This document shows, one piece after another, positions 8,555 to 17,243 of a DNA stretch of 24,000 nt. The notes under the pieces are model-generated. The model did no database searches and was not told the origin of the DNA. It worked only from the letters and a program-made list of their open reading frames with translations. Made by a program: the position numbers and the translations under genes. Source of the DNA: an uncultured Clostridiaceae bacterium (GTDB lineage Bacteria > Bacillota > Clostridia > TANB77 > CAG-465); contig CAZXLZ010000012.1 in NCBI GenBank assembly GCA_964642045.1, positions 2,820 to 26,819 of the forward strand. Direction: 5' to 3'. Position 1 is the first letter of the stretch, and each line of letters begins with the position of its first letter.

Positions 8555-8816
8555 AATTATCACTTCCTATAATAGTTATTATACAATAATTATTATGAAA
8601 TTTAAAGTTTAGAAATAAAACTTTACAAGTATGAATAATTTTGGTATAATACTTATGTTTATTATATATATGTTATATTTGAATGTTAATATGTTGTATG
8701 CTTTTTACTAGTATAGTAGTGATAAAATTTATTAAATTTAATGGAGGAGGTAAAATAAATACTCATTATACATAAGGTACGCTCTTAAAAATTTACATCA
8801 AGAAAGGATAAAAATT

Positions 8817-9089
8817 ATGGAAAAAACTATAAGTAAAACTGTTAACTTTGATAATGCAAAAGCTAAAGTAACTCTTCCAAAAGGTGCAAGAAATATAAGA
8901 CTTAGCGTGAAAAATTTTGTAATTTATATTTATGCAGACTGTGATGAAAATGAAACGGATGAGGAAAGCTACTCGCTTTACTCTTTTGATAGAAAGCAGG
9001 ACTCTGCTAAAGAAGAAGGACTTATTTTCTTAAAAGAAATTTATCACCTTGCTGTCGGATATATTTATTTCTACTACAAGAAAGATTAA
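8817..9089 (+). CDS. Hypothetical protein, 90 aa
   Basis: RBS aaaggataaaaattATG; no recognised domain. Confidence 0.6.
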   Translation: MEKTISKTVNFDNAKAKVTLPKGARNIRLSVKNFVIYIYADCDENETDEESYSLYSFDRKQDSAKEEGLIFLKEIYHLAVGYIYFYYKKD

Positions 9090-9136
9090 TTAAAATAAAA
9101 CATTGGCAAAATAATTTATTGCCAATGTTTTGCTTT

Positions 9137-9622
9137 TTAAACTATAAAACCTCCAGTGCAATAGAGTACGTAGATTACAGCTCCATTTTTATAAATTTTC
9201 TCTTGACCATAAAAACGGTTAAGCTCACCCTCAGCCCAAAACTTATATGTATACTCTCCATTTACAAACTCTAAAGGACCTCTAACAGGGAGAGCTAAGT
9301 CATCTTCGCCGACTTTCATAAGTGCAGGTCTTAAAATCTTATCGATTGCTTCTTCATTAAAATCGTCATCTACTGCTGTTCCGTAGTAGCTCATGCTCCA
9401 TATAGGTGCATACGAAAGCTTTGCATCATATACAATTTCTTGACCTGCAAAGCTTTTTCCGCCAACGTATGTATCATGGTAAAGCAGACCCTCTTCTAAA
9501 TCTTCAAATTCGTAATCTTTTGAGTTCAACCTAGAAGATAAAACTTTCTTTCCATTTTTCTCATCTGCATAAGTAGATTTTTTAGCAGTGATTAAGAAGT
9601 CTTTTAATCTTTCGATATCCAT
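9137..9622 (-). CDS. DUF5680-like protein
   Basis: GLLYHDTYVGGKSFAGQEIVYDAKLSYAPIWSMSYYG...FWAEGELNRFYGQEKIYKNG. Confidence 0.7.
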   Translation of the reverse strand: MDIERLKDFLITAKKSTYADEKNGKKVLSSRLNSKDYEFEDLEEGLLYHDTYVGGKSFAGQEIVYDAKLSYAPIWSMSYYGTAVDDDFNEEAIDKILRPALMKVGEDDLALPVRGPLEFVNGEYTYKFWAEGELNRFYGQEKIYKNGAVIYVLYCTGGFIV

Positions 9623-9732
9623 AATTAATCCTCCAAATGTTAATTATATATTTTGTGTCTAATAAAAATTTATTATATTATATCAGATTAGCTATATAAT
9701 GTCAACTAGATTACATAAATAAAAATTTGCAT

Positions 9733-9761
9733 TTGACATAGAAATTTTTTTAGAGTATAAT
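9733..9761 (+). promoter_or_regulatory. Consensus SigA promoter of rnj
   Basis: Perfect TTGACA-N17-TATAAT. Confidence 0.8.
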
Positions 9762-9886
9762 AATTAAGTCTTTTGAGTGCTAAGGTACTTATAGTTGTGT
9801 TCGGGTTTTTATTATCACTTTGAGTGATTAAAGTAATTTTTATTGTTTTCATATCTATATTAGTATTATAGATAGGAGAAAAAAGT

Positions 9887-11842
9887 ATGGAAGAAAAAAT
9901 TAATAGTAGCAAAGAGAATGCTACAAATAGAAAAAATAATGTAAGAGAAAATAAATATAATTCAAAGAAAAAAAATATACAAAGTAGTGCAAATAGTACT
10001 ACTTCAGGAAAAGAACATTTTGCAAAAAATAAAAATAGAAAAGTAGAGAATATAAAAAATAAAAAAAATAGTAGCGAATTTCAATTTAAAAGAGTTGATC
10101 AAGCTCGTGAAAACAAAAGATATGAAAACAATAAAAAAATAAAAAGTTCAAGTAGTAATAGTAAATTAAAGATTATACCACTTGGTGGAATGAATGAGAT
10201 AGGAAAAAATATAACTGTATTTGAATATGAAAATGATATAGTTGTTATTGATTGTGGTGTTGCTTTCCCAGATGATGAAATGCTTGGGGTTGATTTAGTA
10301 ATACCAGATATGTCTTATTTAGAGAAAAACAAAGATAAAATAAGAGCACTTTTAATAACTCATGGACATGAGGATCATATAGGTTCAATACCATATTTCT
10401 TGAAGAAGTTTAATGTTCCAATATATGGTACAAAACTTACGCTTGGACTTATAAGGGCAAAGCTTATAGAACATAAATTAGATAAAACGGCAGATTTTAG
10501 ACTAGTTGAGCCAAGAGATATTGTTGTAATTGGAAAAATGAAATTTGAGTTCATACGTGTAACTCATTCAATAGCTGATTCTTGTGCAATAGCAATTACT
10601 ACTCCTGAAGGAGTAATAGTGCATACTGGTGATTTTAAGGTCGATTACACTCCAATAGACAATGGTTATATTGATCTTGCAAGGTTTGCAGAACTTGGAA
10701 GTGAAGGCGTTACACTTCTTATGAGCGATAGCACAAACATTGAAAGACCAGGTCATACAATGTCTGAAAGAAAAGTTGGCGCAGAATTTGATAGGCTTTT
10801 TATGAATTGCACAAAAAGGATAATAGTTGCAACATTTGCTTCAAACATACATAGAATGCAGCAAATTATAAATTCAGCTGTAAAATATAAAAGAAAAGTT
10901 GCTGTATGTGGAAGAAGTATGTTAAATGTAATAAAAGTAGGATCTGAGCTTGGATATATAACAGCACCAGAAGGGACATTAATTGATATAGACAAGATAG
11001 ATATATATAATCCAGAGCAACTTGTAATTATAACTACAGGTTCTCAAGGTGAGCCAATGGCAGCACTTTCTCGTATGTCTGCTGGAGAGCATAAAAAAGT
11101 AACAATTACAGCAGATGACTTTATAATATTTTCATCTTCACCAATACCTGGTAATGAAAAATCAGTATCAAGACTTATAGATGAACTAGAGAAGTTAGGT
11201 GCAGAGGTAATATATAACCAGCTTGCAGATGTACACGTTTCAGGGCATGCATGTCAGGAAGAACTTAAACTTATGCTTAGTTTAATAAGACCAAAATATT
11301 TTATGCCTGTTCATGGAGAATATAGATTTTTAAAACATCACGGTGAACTTGGTGTAAGTGTTGGTGTTGAAAAAGATAATATTGTCATAATGGAAAATGG
11401 TAGAGTGCTTGAAATGAAAGATGGCAAAGTAAATAAAGCATCTCAGGTTCAATCTGGTATTGTTTTAGTTGATGGTCTAGGAGTAGGAGATGTTGGTAAT
11501 ATAGTAATTAGAGATAGACAAATGCTTTCTGAAAATGGAATGATAATTGTTATAATTACTTTAGATAGAAAAACGTCAAATATTGTGGCTGGTCCCGAAA
11601 TAGTAACACGTGGATTTGTTTATGTAAGAGAAAATGAGCAGCTTATGGATGAAATAAAAACAGTTGCAAGAGAAGAACTAGAACTTTGTATAAAAAATAA
11701 ACAGTTAGAATGGTCTACTATAAAATCTAATGTAAGAGATTCAGTTACCGAGTATGTATATAGAAAGACAAAAAGAGAGCCAATGATACTTCCTATAATA
11801 TCAGAAGTAGATATTGATAGTTATATCAAATCAAATAGCTAA
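9887..11842 (+). CDS. rnj: Ribonuclease J with lysine/asparagine-rich N-terminal extension
   Basis: PLGGMNEIGKNITVFEYENDIVVIDCGVAFPDDEMLGVDLVIPD, LITHGHEDHIGSIPYF, HTGDFKVDYTP, HVSGHACQEELK: metallo-beta-lactamase/beta-CASP RNase J motifs. Confidence 0.95.
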   Translation: MEEKINSSKENATNRKNNVRENKYNSKKKNIQSSANSTTSGKEHFAKNKNRKVENIKNKKNSSEFQFKRVDQARENKRYENNKKIKSSSSNSKLKIIPLGGMNEIGKNITVFEYENDIVVIDCGVAFPDDEMLGVDLVIPDMSYLEKNKDKIRALLITHGHEDHIGSIPYFLKKFNVPIYGTKLTLGLIRAKLIEHKLDKTADFRLVEPRDIVVIGKMKFEFIRVTHSIADSCAIAITTPEGVIVHTGDFKVDYTPIDNGYIDLARFAELGSEGVTLLMSDSTNIERPGHTMSERKVGAEFDRLFMNCTKRIIVATFASNIHRMQQIINSAVKYKRKVAVCGRSMLNVIKVGSELGYITAPEGTLIDIDKIDIYNPEQLVIITTGSQGEPMAALSRMSAGEHKKVTITADDFIIFSSSPIPGNEKSVSRLIDELEKLGAEVIYNQLADVHVSGHACQEELKLMLSLIRPKYFMPVHGEYRFLKHHGELGVSVGVEKDNIVIMENGRVLEMKDGKVNKASQVQSGIVLVDGLGVGDVGNIVIRDRQMLSENGMIIVIITLDRKTSNIVAGPEIVTRGFVYVRENEQLMDEIKTVAREELELCIKNKQLEWSTIKSNVRDSVTEYVYRKTKREPMILPIISEVDIDSYIKSNS

Positions 11843-11861
11843 TATAATTAATAAAGTATGT

Positions 11862-11883
11862 CATATAGAAAAAACTCTATATG
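11862..11883 (+). terminator. Probable rnj terminator
   Basis: CATATAGA / TCTATATG stem, AT-rich tail. Confidence 0.45.
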
Positions 11884-11906
11884 ATATATTTTATTTTAAA
11901 TAAATG

Positions 11907-11936
11907 TTGAAAAGATAACATAATATGTGGTATAAT
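11907..11936 (+). promoter_or_regulatory. SigA-type promoter of small membrane protein gene
   Basis: TTGAAA-N18-TATAAT. Confidence 0.5.
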
Positions 11937-11971
11937 ATAATTACACTAAATTTTTTATTGGAGGTATTATT

Positions 11972-12157
11972 ATGCTTCAAGCACTTGTAGGATTTTTTTC
12001 GGCAGTAGGCGTAAGCTTAGGCTGGCCAGCAACAATTGTTATTCTTATGATAATGTTTGGTGCTGCTTCTACTAAGAAATTGAAGTATAAAATTACGGAA
12101 GTAGAAAAAGAGGACGGAAAAAAAGAATATAATGTATATAAATATGATGATAAATAA
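11972..12157 (+). CDS. Small membrane protein, 61 aa
   Basis: RBS ttggaggtattattATG; single predicted TM segment (WPATIVILMIMFGAA). Confidence 0.65.
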   Translation: MLQALVGFFSAVGVSLGWPATIVILMIMFGAASTKKLKYKITEVEKEDGKKEYNVYKYDDK

Positions 12158-12163
12158 AATTTT

Positions 12164-12197
12164 AAATGCATAGCAGATTTTTGCTATGCATTTTTAT
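12164..12197. terminator. Intrinsic terminator
   Basis: AAATGCATAGCA / TGCTATGCATTT perfect 12-bp stem followed by TTTT. Confidence 0.75.
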
Positions 12198-12544
12198 GCC
12201 CTATTTGGCATCATGGAGGAAATTACCCCATATATTGCTGCTGCAATAAAACTAGATATGAGGGATATAGTATATCCAGCTATGAAAAACTGGGACATAT
12301 ATATAAATATACTAGCAGAGGTAAAGCCTACTATTCCTCTGCCTAAAGGAATATCGTGTATTCCTGTTACAACTGACATAAAGTAATCTAAACATATTAT
12401 AAATAAGCTAGATAAAACAAGCATAGGAAAAGAGGATATATTAAAATTTGGTGTAAAAAATACTGTTAATGTAAATACTGAAACTGCTACCAGTAATTTT
12501 ATACTAAATTCTTTTAATCTTAAAAAATCTATATTTTCTTTCAT
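12194..12544 (-). CDS. Integral membrane protein, DUF2512 (YndM)/holin-family-like
   Basis: Multiple hydrophobic helices; DIPLGRGIVGFTSASIFIYMSQFF. Confidence 0.55.
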   Translation of the reverse strand: MKENIDFLRLKEFSIKLLVAVSVFTLTVFFTPNFNISSFPMLVLSSLFIICLDYFMSVVTGIHDIPLGRGIVGFTSASIFIYMSQFFIAGYTISLISSFIAAAIYGVISSMMPNRA

Positions 12545-12615
12545 AATTTCAACCTCTTTTTATATTGTTTGTATAAGTTTAAAAAATATGCAGAAAATAC
12601 GTTTAGGTGATAAAA

Positions 12616-13257
12616 ATGTTAGTTGTTTTTTTTAGAGCTTTAATTTTATATATAGTTGTGTTTTTAGTTATAAGAATAATGGGAAAGAGGGAACTTTCAA
12701 AAATTCAGCCATTTGAGCTTGTAATTTTGATACTTGTAGCAGATCTTGCTTCTTCTCCGATGTCATCAAGAGGTATAAGTATATTTGATGGTATAGTCCC
12801 TATATTTACACTTCTTTCTTGTTATATAATAATTACATTTTTTAATAAAACAAGTACAAAATTTCAAGAAGGATTATGTGGAAAAAATGTAGTAATTATA
12901 CAGGACGGAAAGCTTTTAGAAAAAGAATTTAGAGAGCAGGAGTATACAGTGTCTGATATAATGTCTCAGCTAAGAGATAAAGATGTTTTTAAAATACAAG
13001 ATGTAAAATATGGAATATTAGAAACTAATGGAATATTAAACGTAATAACTATGGATAAACAGGAAAATGGTTTGCCACTTAATATTATAGAAGATGCAAA
13101 GATAAATTATATAAATATGAATTTACTTAACTTAACAGAAAAATCGGTAAATGATTTACTTAAACAAAAGAAGCTTAAGATGAAAGATGTGCTTCTAGGT
13201 ACAATAGATGAAAGGGGAGATTTTATCTATCAGCTTAAAGAGGAGGCAAATAAATGA
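12616..13257 (+). CDS. DUF421 (YetF-like) membrane protein
   Basis: RIMGKRELSKIQPFELVILILVADLASSPM; ORF can also start at GTG 12607, ATG 12616 preferred because of the aggtga RBS. Confidence 0.85.
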   Translation: MLVVFFRALILYIVVFLVIRIMGKRELSKIQPFELVILILVADLASSPMSSRGISIFDGIVPIFTLLSCYIIITFFNKTSTKFQEGLCGKNVVIIQDGKLLEKEFREQEYTVSDIMSQLRDKDVFKIQDVKYGILETNGILNVITMDKQENGLPLNIIEDAKINYINMNLLNLTEKSVNDLLKQKKLKMKDVLLGTIDERGDFIYQLKEEANK

Positions 13258-13634
13258 AGGATTTTATAGTATTATTAGTTATTCTTATGTGTATAATAGG
13301 CATGGGAATGTGGCAGGTTTCATACCTTGGTGAAAGTAGTAATTATATAAAAACAGATTTAGCATATATTGACTATTACATAAATTTAGAAAAATACAAA
13401 GAGGCTGAACAAGAAATAAAAAGAGTAGAAAATACATGGGATAGTATAAAAGATACATGGGGACTTTTTATTCATCATGAAGATATTGAATATATAGAAA
13501 TTGCAATAGATCAGATAAAATCATATATAAAAGATGAAGCTAAAGAAGATGCAAGAGCAGAAATTGCAGGACTTATTTCAAATATAGACTATACTGTTGA
13601 ATGTGAAAAAATAAAACTCGAAAACATATTCTAA
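13254..13634 (+). CDS. DUF4363-like protein
   Basis: Overlaps the DUF421 stop; W-x-x-F-IHHEDIEYIEIAIDQIKSYIKDE segment; RBS gaggagg. Confidence 0.65.
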   Translation: MKDFIVLLVILMCIIGMGMWQVSYLGESSNYIKTDLAYIDYYINLEKYKEAEQEIKRVENTWDSIKDTWGLFIHHEDIEYIEIAIDQIKSYIKDEAKEDARAEIAGLISNIDYTVECEKIKLENIF

Positions 13635-13638
13635 AAAT

Positions 13639-13667
13639 TTGAATAATATATACATTTATGTTATAAT
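13639..13667 (+). promoter_or_regulatory. SigA-type promoter of ssrA
   Basis: TTGAAT-N17-TATAAT about 11 nt upstream of the tmRNA 5' end. Confidence 0.7.
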
Positions 13668-13677
13668 GTATATATAC

Positions 13678-14043
13678 GGGGGCGTAAGGTTTCGACGGCT
13701 ATTTTGATACATGAATTGCAAGTAGTGGATGGTTGCTTTGGCCACTATAAAAAAGCAAGTTAAATTTAAACGCAGATAATAGAGAATTTGCACTTGCTGC
13801 TTAATTTTTTTAAGCAGCTTGCTACTTAGAGTTTGCTAGAGGCTCTTTTTGTAGCATCATTTATCTAGCTAACAAGTTAAAGTCTTTGGTTACTGGATTT
13901 TAATGGTATTTTTAGTAACTAAACTAGAGCATGTTTTGGTGCACATTAGATTGCTTTAGTTTTATTTTAAATGTGTACTAAACTTGTAGATATTCATGAG
14001 GATGAATTTTCGGACGCGAGTTCAACTCTCGCCGCCTCCACCA
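13678..14043 (+). ncRNA. ssrA: tmRNA (transfer-messenger RNA); tag reading frame 13772-13804 = ADNREFALAA*
   Basis: 5' GGGGGCGTAAGGTTTCGACGG and 3' GAGTTCAACTCTCGCCGCCTCCACCA with 7-bp acceptor pairing; tag ORF gcagataatagagaatttgcacttgctgcttaa. Confidence 0.97.
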
Positions 14044-14350
14044 AATTTTAACCTTGATATTTTTTGTAATCTCAAGGCTTTGTCAATATTTCTAAAAAAA
14101 GATGAAGTCTTGATTTTATGTCTAGTAGAATAGATTTGAATATTTTTATATCTCTGCATGGCTTTTTAGTTTTACACTTTTTTTATAAATCTTGTTTATA
14201 ACTTTTTCATTGAAGAAACCTTTTTATAATATACCAATATATTATTTTATATACAATCTTCATATTTTATTTTCTATATTTCTATTCTATCATCAAGAAA
14301 TTAAATATATAATAAAAATAATATAATATTAGTATGGTCAGGAGAGAAAA

Positions 14351-14719
14351 ATGAATAAAAAGATAGGAAAAATTACTAAAAAAGTGATAGAAACATTAGA
14401 ATTAGATATAGAAGAAGATACACCAATTTTTATAAGTGAAAGAAACATAGAACATATAAAAAATAAACATTATAAAGATTATGAAAAATATTTTAATCAA
14501 ATTTGCAATATTATTGAAAATCCAACTTATGTTGCAAGGCATCCTGATAAAACTTCAATAGAGTACATAAAACAATACATCCTTAATAATGAATATGTTC
14601 TAGTTGCAGTTAGGGTAAGTAGTAATAATGTAAATTTTGCTAGAACAATGTTTGTTATGACAGAAAAGAAAGTTGAAATTTACAAAAATATGCGGATATT
14701 TCAAAAAAATATAATTTGA
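14351..14719 (+). CDS. PBECR-like (phage Barnase-EndoU-ColicinE5/RelE fold) putative nuclease
   Basis: ISERNIEHIKNKHYKDYEKYFNQICNIIENPTYV...VLVAVRVSS...ARTMFVM pattern; preceded by ggagagaaaaATG. Confidence 0.55.
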   Translation: MNKKIGKITKKVIETLELDIEEDTPIFISERNIEHIKNKHYKDYEKYFNQICNIIENPTYVARHPDKTSIEYIKQYILNNEYVLVAVRVSSNNVNFARTMFVMTEKKVEIYKNMRIFQKNII

Positions 14720-14744
14720 CAAATAAAAAAATGTATGCTATAAT
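14716..14744 (+). promoter_or_regulatory. Perfect consensus SigA promoter for ncRNA
   Basis: TTGACA-N17-TATAAT; -35 overlaps the stop codon of the 14351..14719 gene. Confidence 0.85.
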
Positions 14745-14750
14745 TAAGCT

Positions 14751-14890
14751 AAGCATAATATATTAATAGAAAGCTCTGAGGTCGGAACAGGCAGCCGACA
14801 CCCACGTAAGTGTTAGGAGATGTAGAAAGGTCAATCTACCTAGCTTTCTGACTATAAGTGGGAATAGATGTAAAAGTCTATTCTCTTTTT
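14751..14890 (+). ncRNA. Unassigned structured small RNA with intrinsic terminator
   Basis: Closing helix AGAAAGCT(14768-14775)/AGCTTTCT(14842-14849); internal hairpins GTCGG/CCGAC, CAC-GTAA-GTG, GTAGA/TCTAC; terminator GGGAATAGA/TCTATTCTC + TTTTT. Confidence 0.7.
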
Positions 14891-15047
14891 GTATGTAAAA
14901 TGGAGGAAATTTTATAATACTGATTTTACATATAATATGATAATCAGTTATGCTTTAAATATTTATAATACAGTAATGTTTATATTTTTACATTTTAAAC
15001 ATTTTGTAAAAATCAAAATATATGTTAAAATTATAACGGTGATAAAA

Positions 15048-15722
15048 ATGAAATTAGTTACTTTTCAAACTTTTGATGCTTTAAAGAACCTTATTAATAA
15101 TGGTGAATTAATTTGTGATGAAAATTACATTAACTTAGAAAAATCAGGCTTAGCATATAAATGGGTATTAGAAAAAATGAATAAGGTAGTCAAAAATAAT
15201 ACTAAGGCTAAATATCCAATATGGTGCTGGGCTAAATGTTATAGTGGAATTTGTCCACCAAAACATAGAGGAGAAAAAGTTAAAGGATTTGACGTCAAAA
15301 TAACATTTAATAAGCCTGAAAAAGATGTCTTTATAACAGATTTTAGAAGATATTCTTTTCTTTTAAATAATATGTATATTCCTAATACGTTAAGAGAAAA
15401 AGAACAATTCTTAAACAAAATGAAAAAACTAAATATCACATCAGAAGAATTGAAAATGTATGCAAGAACTGATAAAGATAACTTTCATAGGGAAGATAAA
15501 GAGTATTTGCAGCTTTTAAGAGAAATAAGAAAAACTTTTGATAGGTGTATAACAAAAGATAGTGATATTTTACAGGGGTGTATTTGGAATATAAAACTAT
15601 CAGAAGTAGAAAATATAGAGATTTTGCCAAACGATGGATATACATATGGATCATTAAATTATAAAAGAAGTAATGGTAAGAGAATAGATTGGCAAAAAGA
15701 TTATTATAAATTATTAAAATAA
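15048..15722 (+). CDS. DUF3841-like protein
   Basis: MKLVTFQTFDALKNL...LAYKWVLEKM...YPIWCWAKCY...KDVFITDFRRYSFLLNN; start at 15048 preferred over 14889. Confidence 0.7.
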   Translation: MKLVTFQTFDALKNLINNGELICDENYINLEKSGLAYKWVLEKMNKVVKNNTKAKYPIWCWAKCYSGICPPKHRGEKVKGFDVKITFNKPEKDVFITDFRRYSFLLNNMYIPNTLREKEQFLNKMKKLNITSEELKMYARTDKDNFHREDKEYLQLLREIRKTFDRCITKDSDILQGCIWNIKLSEVENIEILPNDGYTYGSLNYKRSNGKRIDWQKDYYKLLK

Positions 15723-15760
15723 GCTTTAAATAACTATGAAATTGAAATATGACTCATAGA

Positions 15761-15810
15761 AAACTCGAACTTTAAAAAATATAAGGTTCGAGTTTCATTG
15801 TTTTTAATTT
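15761..15810 (+). terminator. Intrinsic terminator
   Basis: AAACTCGAAC / GTTCGAGTTT stem followed by T-rich tract. Confidence 0.65.
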
Positions 15811-15880
15811 TATGATATAATAGGCTTGCAAAATAAATTAAAATTATTTGAAAATAGCTATTAAGGAATGTGTGAAAAAT

Positions 15881-16300
15881 ATGATATATAAAGGATATAA
15901 GATTAGAGTTAGATGTATAGATTGAGAGCAAATAAGTTTATTAGACAAGTATTGGAGCTTATTTACTTCACATATTGAATCAAAAAAGTTAATTGGTTTA
16001 GGTATGAATTGGACAGAAGACTATTTATACTTTGATTATGCTATGGGAGTAATAGATGATGAAGAGACATTAAATAAAATAAAGTCTATTGATTTTTCTA
16101 ATTCAAATTTTGATACTGAATATATTGAAATTAATTTACCTAATTTTCAAAATTGGGAAACATTTAAGGGAAAAGAAAAAGATTTAAAACAAATATATGA
16201 AGAAGACATTGATTGCTATGAAAGACTTTATGGTTATGAACTAGAGTATATTGATGATAAAGGTAATTTAGAAATTAAAATTCATTTCATAGATAGTTAG
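15881..16300 (+). pseudogene. Small gene interrupted by in-frame TGA (15923-15925); 139-codon frame MIYKGYKIRVRCID*EQISLLDKYWSLFTSHIESKK...; possible GyrI-like/effector-binding fold
   Basis: ATG 15881 and ORF 16004..16300 are in the same frame, open except for one TGA. Confidence 0.55.
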
Positions 16301-16384
16301 TAATTAAAAAAATATATTTTATGATAATATTTATTAAATTAAAAGGAAATATATTATAATAAAAATAATTAAAAGGAGAAATTT

Positions 16385-17194
16385 ATGTGCAAATTTTCAA
16401 TAATTATTCCATGTTACAATGAGGAAAAATATATAGAGAGATGTTTAAATAGTATATTTAATCAGACTTTAGATAAAGAAAAGTATGAAGTTATAGTAAT
16501 TGATGATGGTAGTGATGATAAATCAGTAAATATAATTAAGAAGTTTGATATAAAATTATTTAACTCAAAAAGACTGGGAGCTGGTGGAGCAAGAAATATA
16601 GGCTTAGATAATGCAAAAGGAGAATATATTATTCTTCTAGATGCTGATGATTATTTATATCAAAACGATATATTGGACAAACTAGATAAAAAGTTGGATA
16701 ATCAAGATATAGTATTTGTTAAATGTAAAGAAATATTAAATGGTATAGAGAAGGTTATAGAAGAAGATAGTAAAAATACGTTAGAAGAACAAATATATAA
16801 GTCTAGTCACTTTTGCCTAACATTAAAATGTTTTAAAGCTAAACTTGCACATGATATAAGATATAAAAATAAGAGTTATCACGAAGATATTTCATTTACA
16901 GTAGAATTAATGTGTAAAGCTAGAACATTACTGTATTTTGATGAAGCATTATATGTATATTATAAGGAACAAAATACATCAACAATAGATAATTATTCTG
17001 TGAAAAAAGCTTTAGACTTTTTGATGCAGACATTAGAGTATTTAAATTTTGCTGATAAATACAAAGATAAAAAAGCTTCTTTAATTAAGAGGATAGAACA
17101 AGAGGGATATACAGATAAAATAAATAAATTAGAAAATTGGGTTAAAAATGATAGACCATACTCATATAAAGAGTTTTTAGATAATGGAAAATAA
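16385..17194 (+). CDS. Family 2 glycosyltransferase
   Basis: FSIIIPCYNEEKYIERCLNSIFNQTL...VIDDGSDDKS...GAGGARNIGLDNAKGEYIILLDADD. Confidence 0.93.
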   Translation: MCKFSIIIPCYNEEKYIERCLNSIFNQTLDKEKYEVIVIDDGSDDKSVNIIKKFDIKLFNSKRLGAGGARNIGLDNAKGEYIILLDADDYLYQNDILDKLDKKLDNQDIVFVKCKEILNGIEKVIEEDSKNTLEEQIYKSSHFCLTLKCFKAKLAHDIRYKNKSYHEDISFTVELMCKARTLLYFDEALYVYYKEQNTSTIDNYSVKKALDFLMQTLEYLNFADKYKDKKASLIKRIEQEGYTDKINKLENWVKNDRPYSYKEFLDNGK

Positions 17195-17243
17195 GATTTA
17201 GATAAACTATAAATTTGTAATTATTATTTAGGGAGGTAATATT

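Noticed and set aside
10568-10995. Minus-strand ORFs within rnj
   Set aside because: Shadow ORFs opposite conserved RNase J motifs.
14061-14095. Possible terminator after tmRNA (CCTTGA...TCAAGG)
   Set aside because: Only 6-bp stem with 14-nt loop and no T tract; too weak to call.
14768-14849. SRP (4.5S) RNA identity for the structured RNA
   Set aside because: AGGTC...GGAA...GCAGCC superficially resembles SRP helix 8, but the GTCGG/CCGAC stem is incompatible with the SRP domain IV fold.
14889-15047. N-terminal 53 aa of the 277-aa ORF track entry
   Set aside because: Overlaps RNA terminator; ATG 15048 with ggtgat RBS matches the expected start of the DUF3841-like domain.
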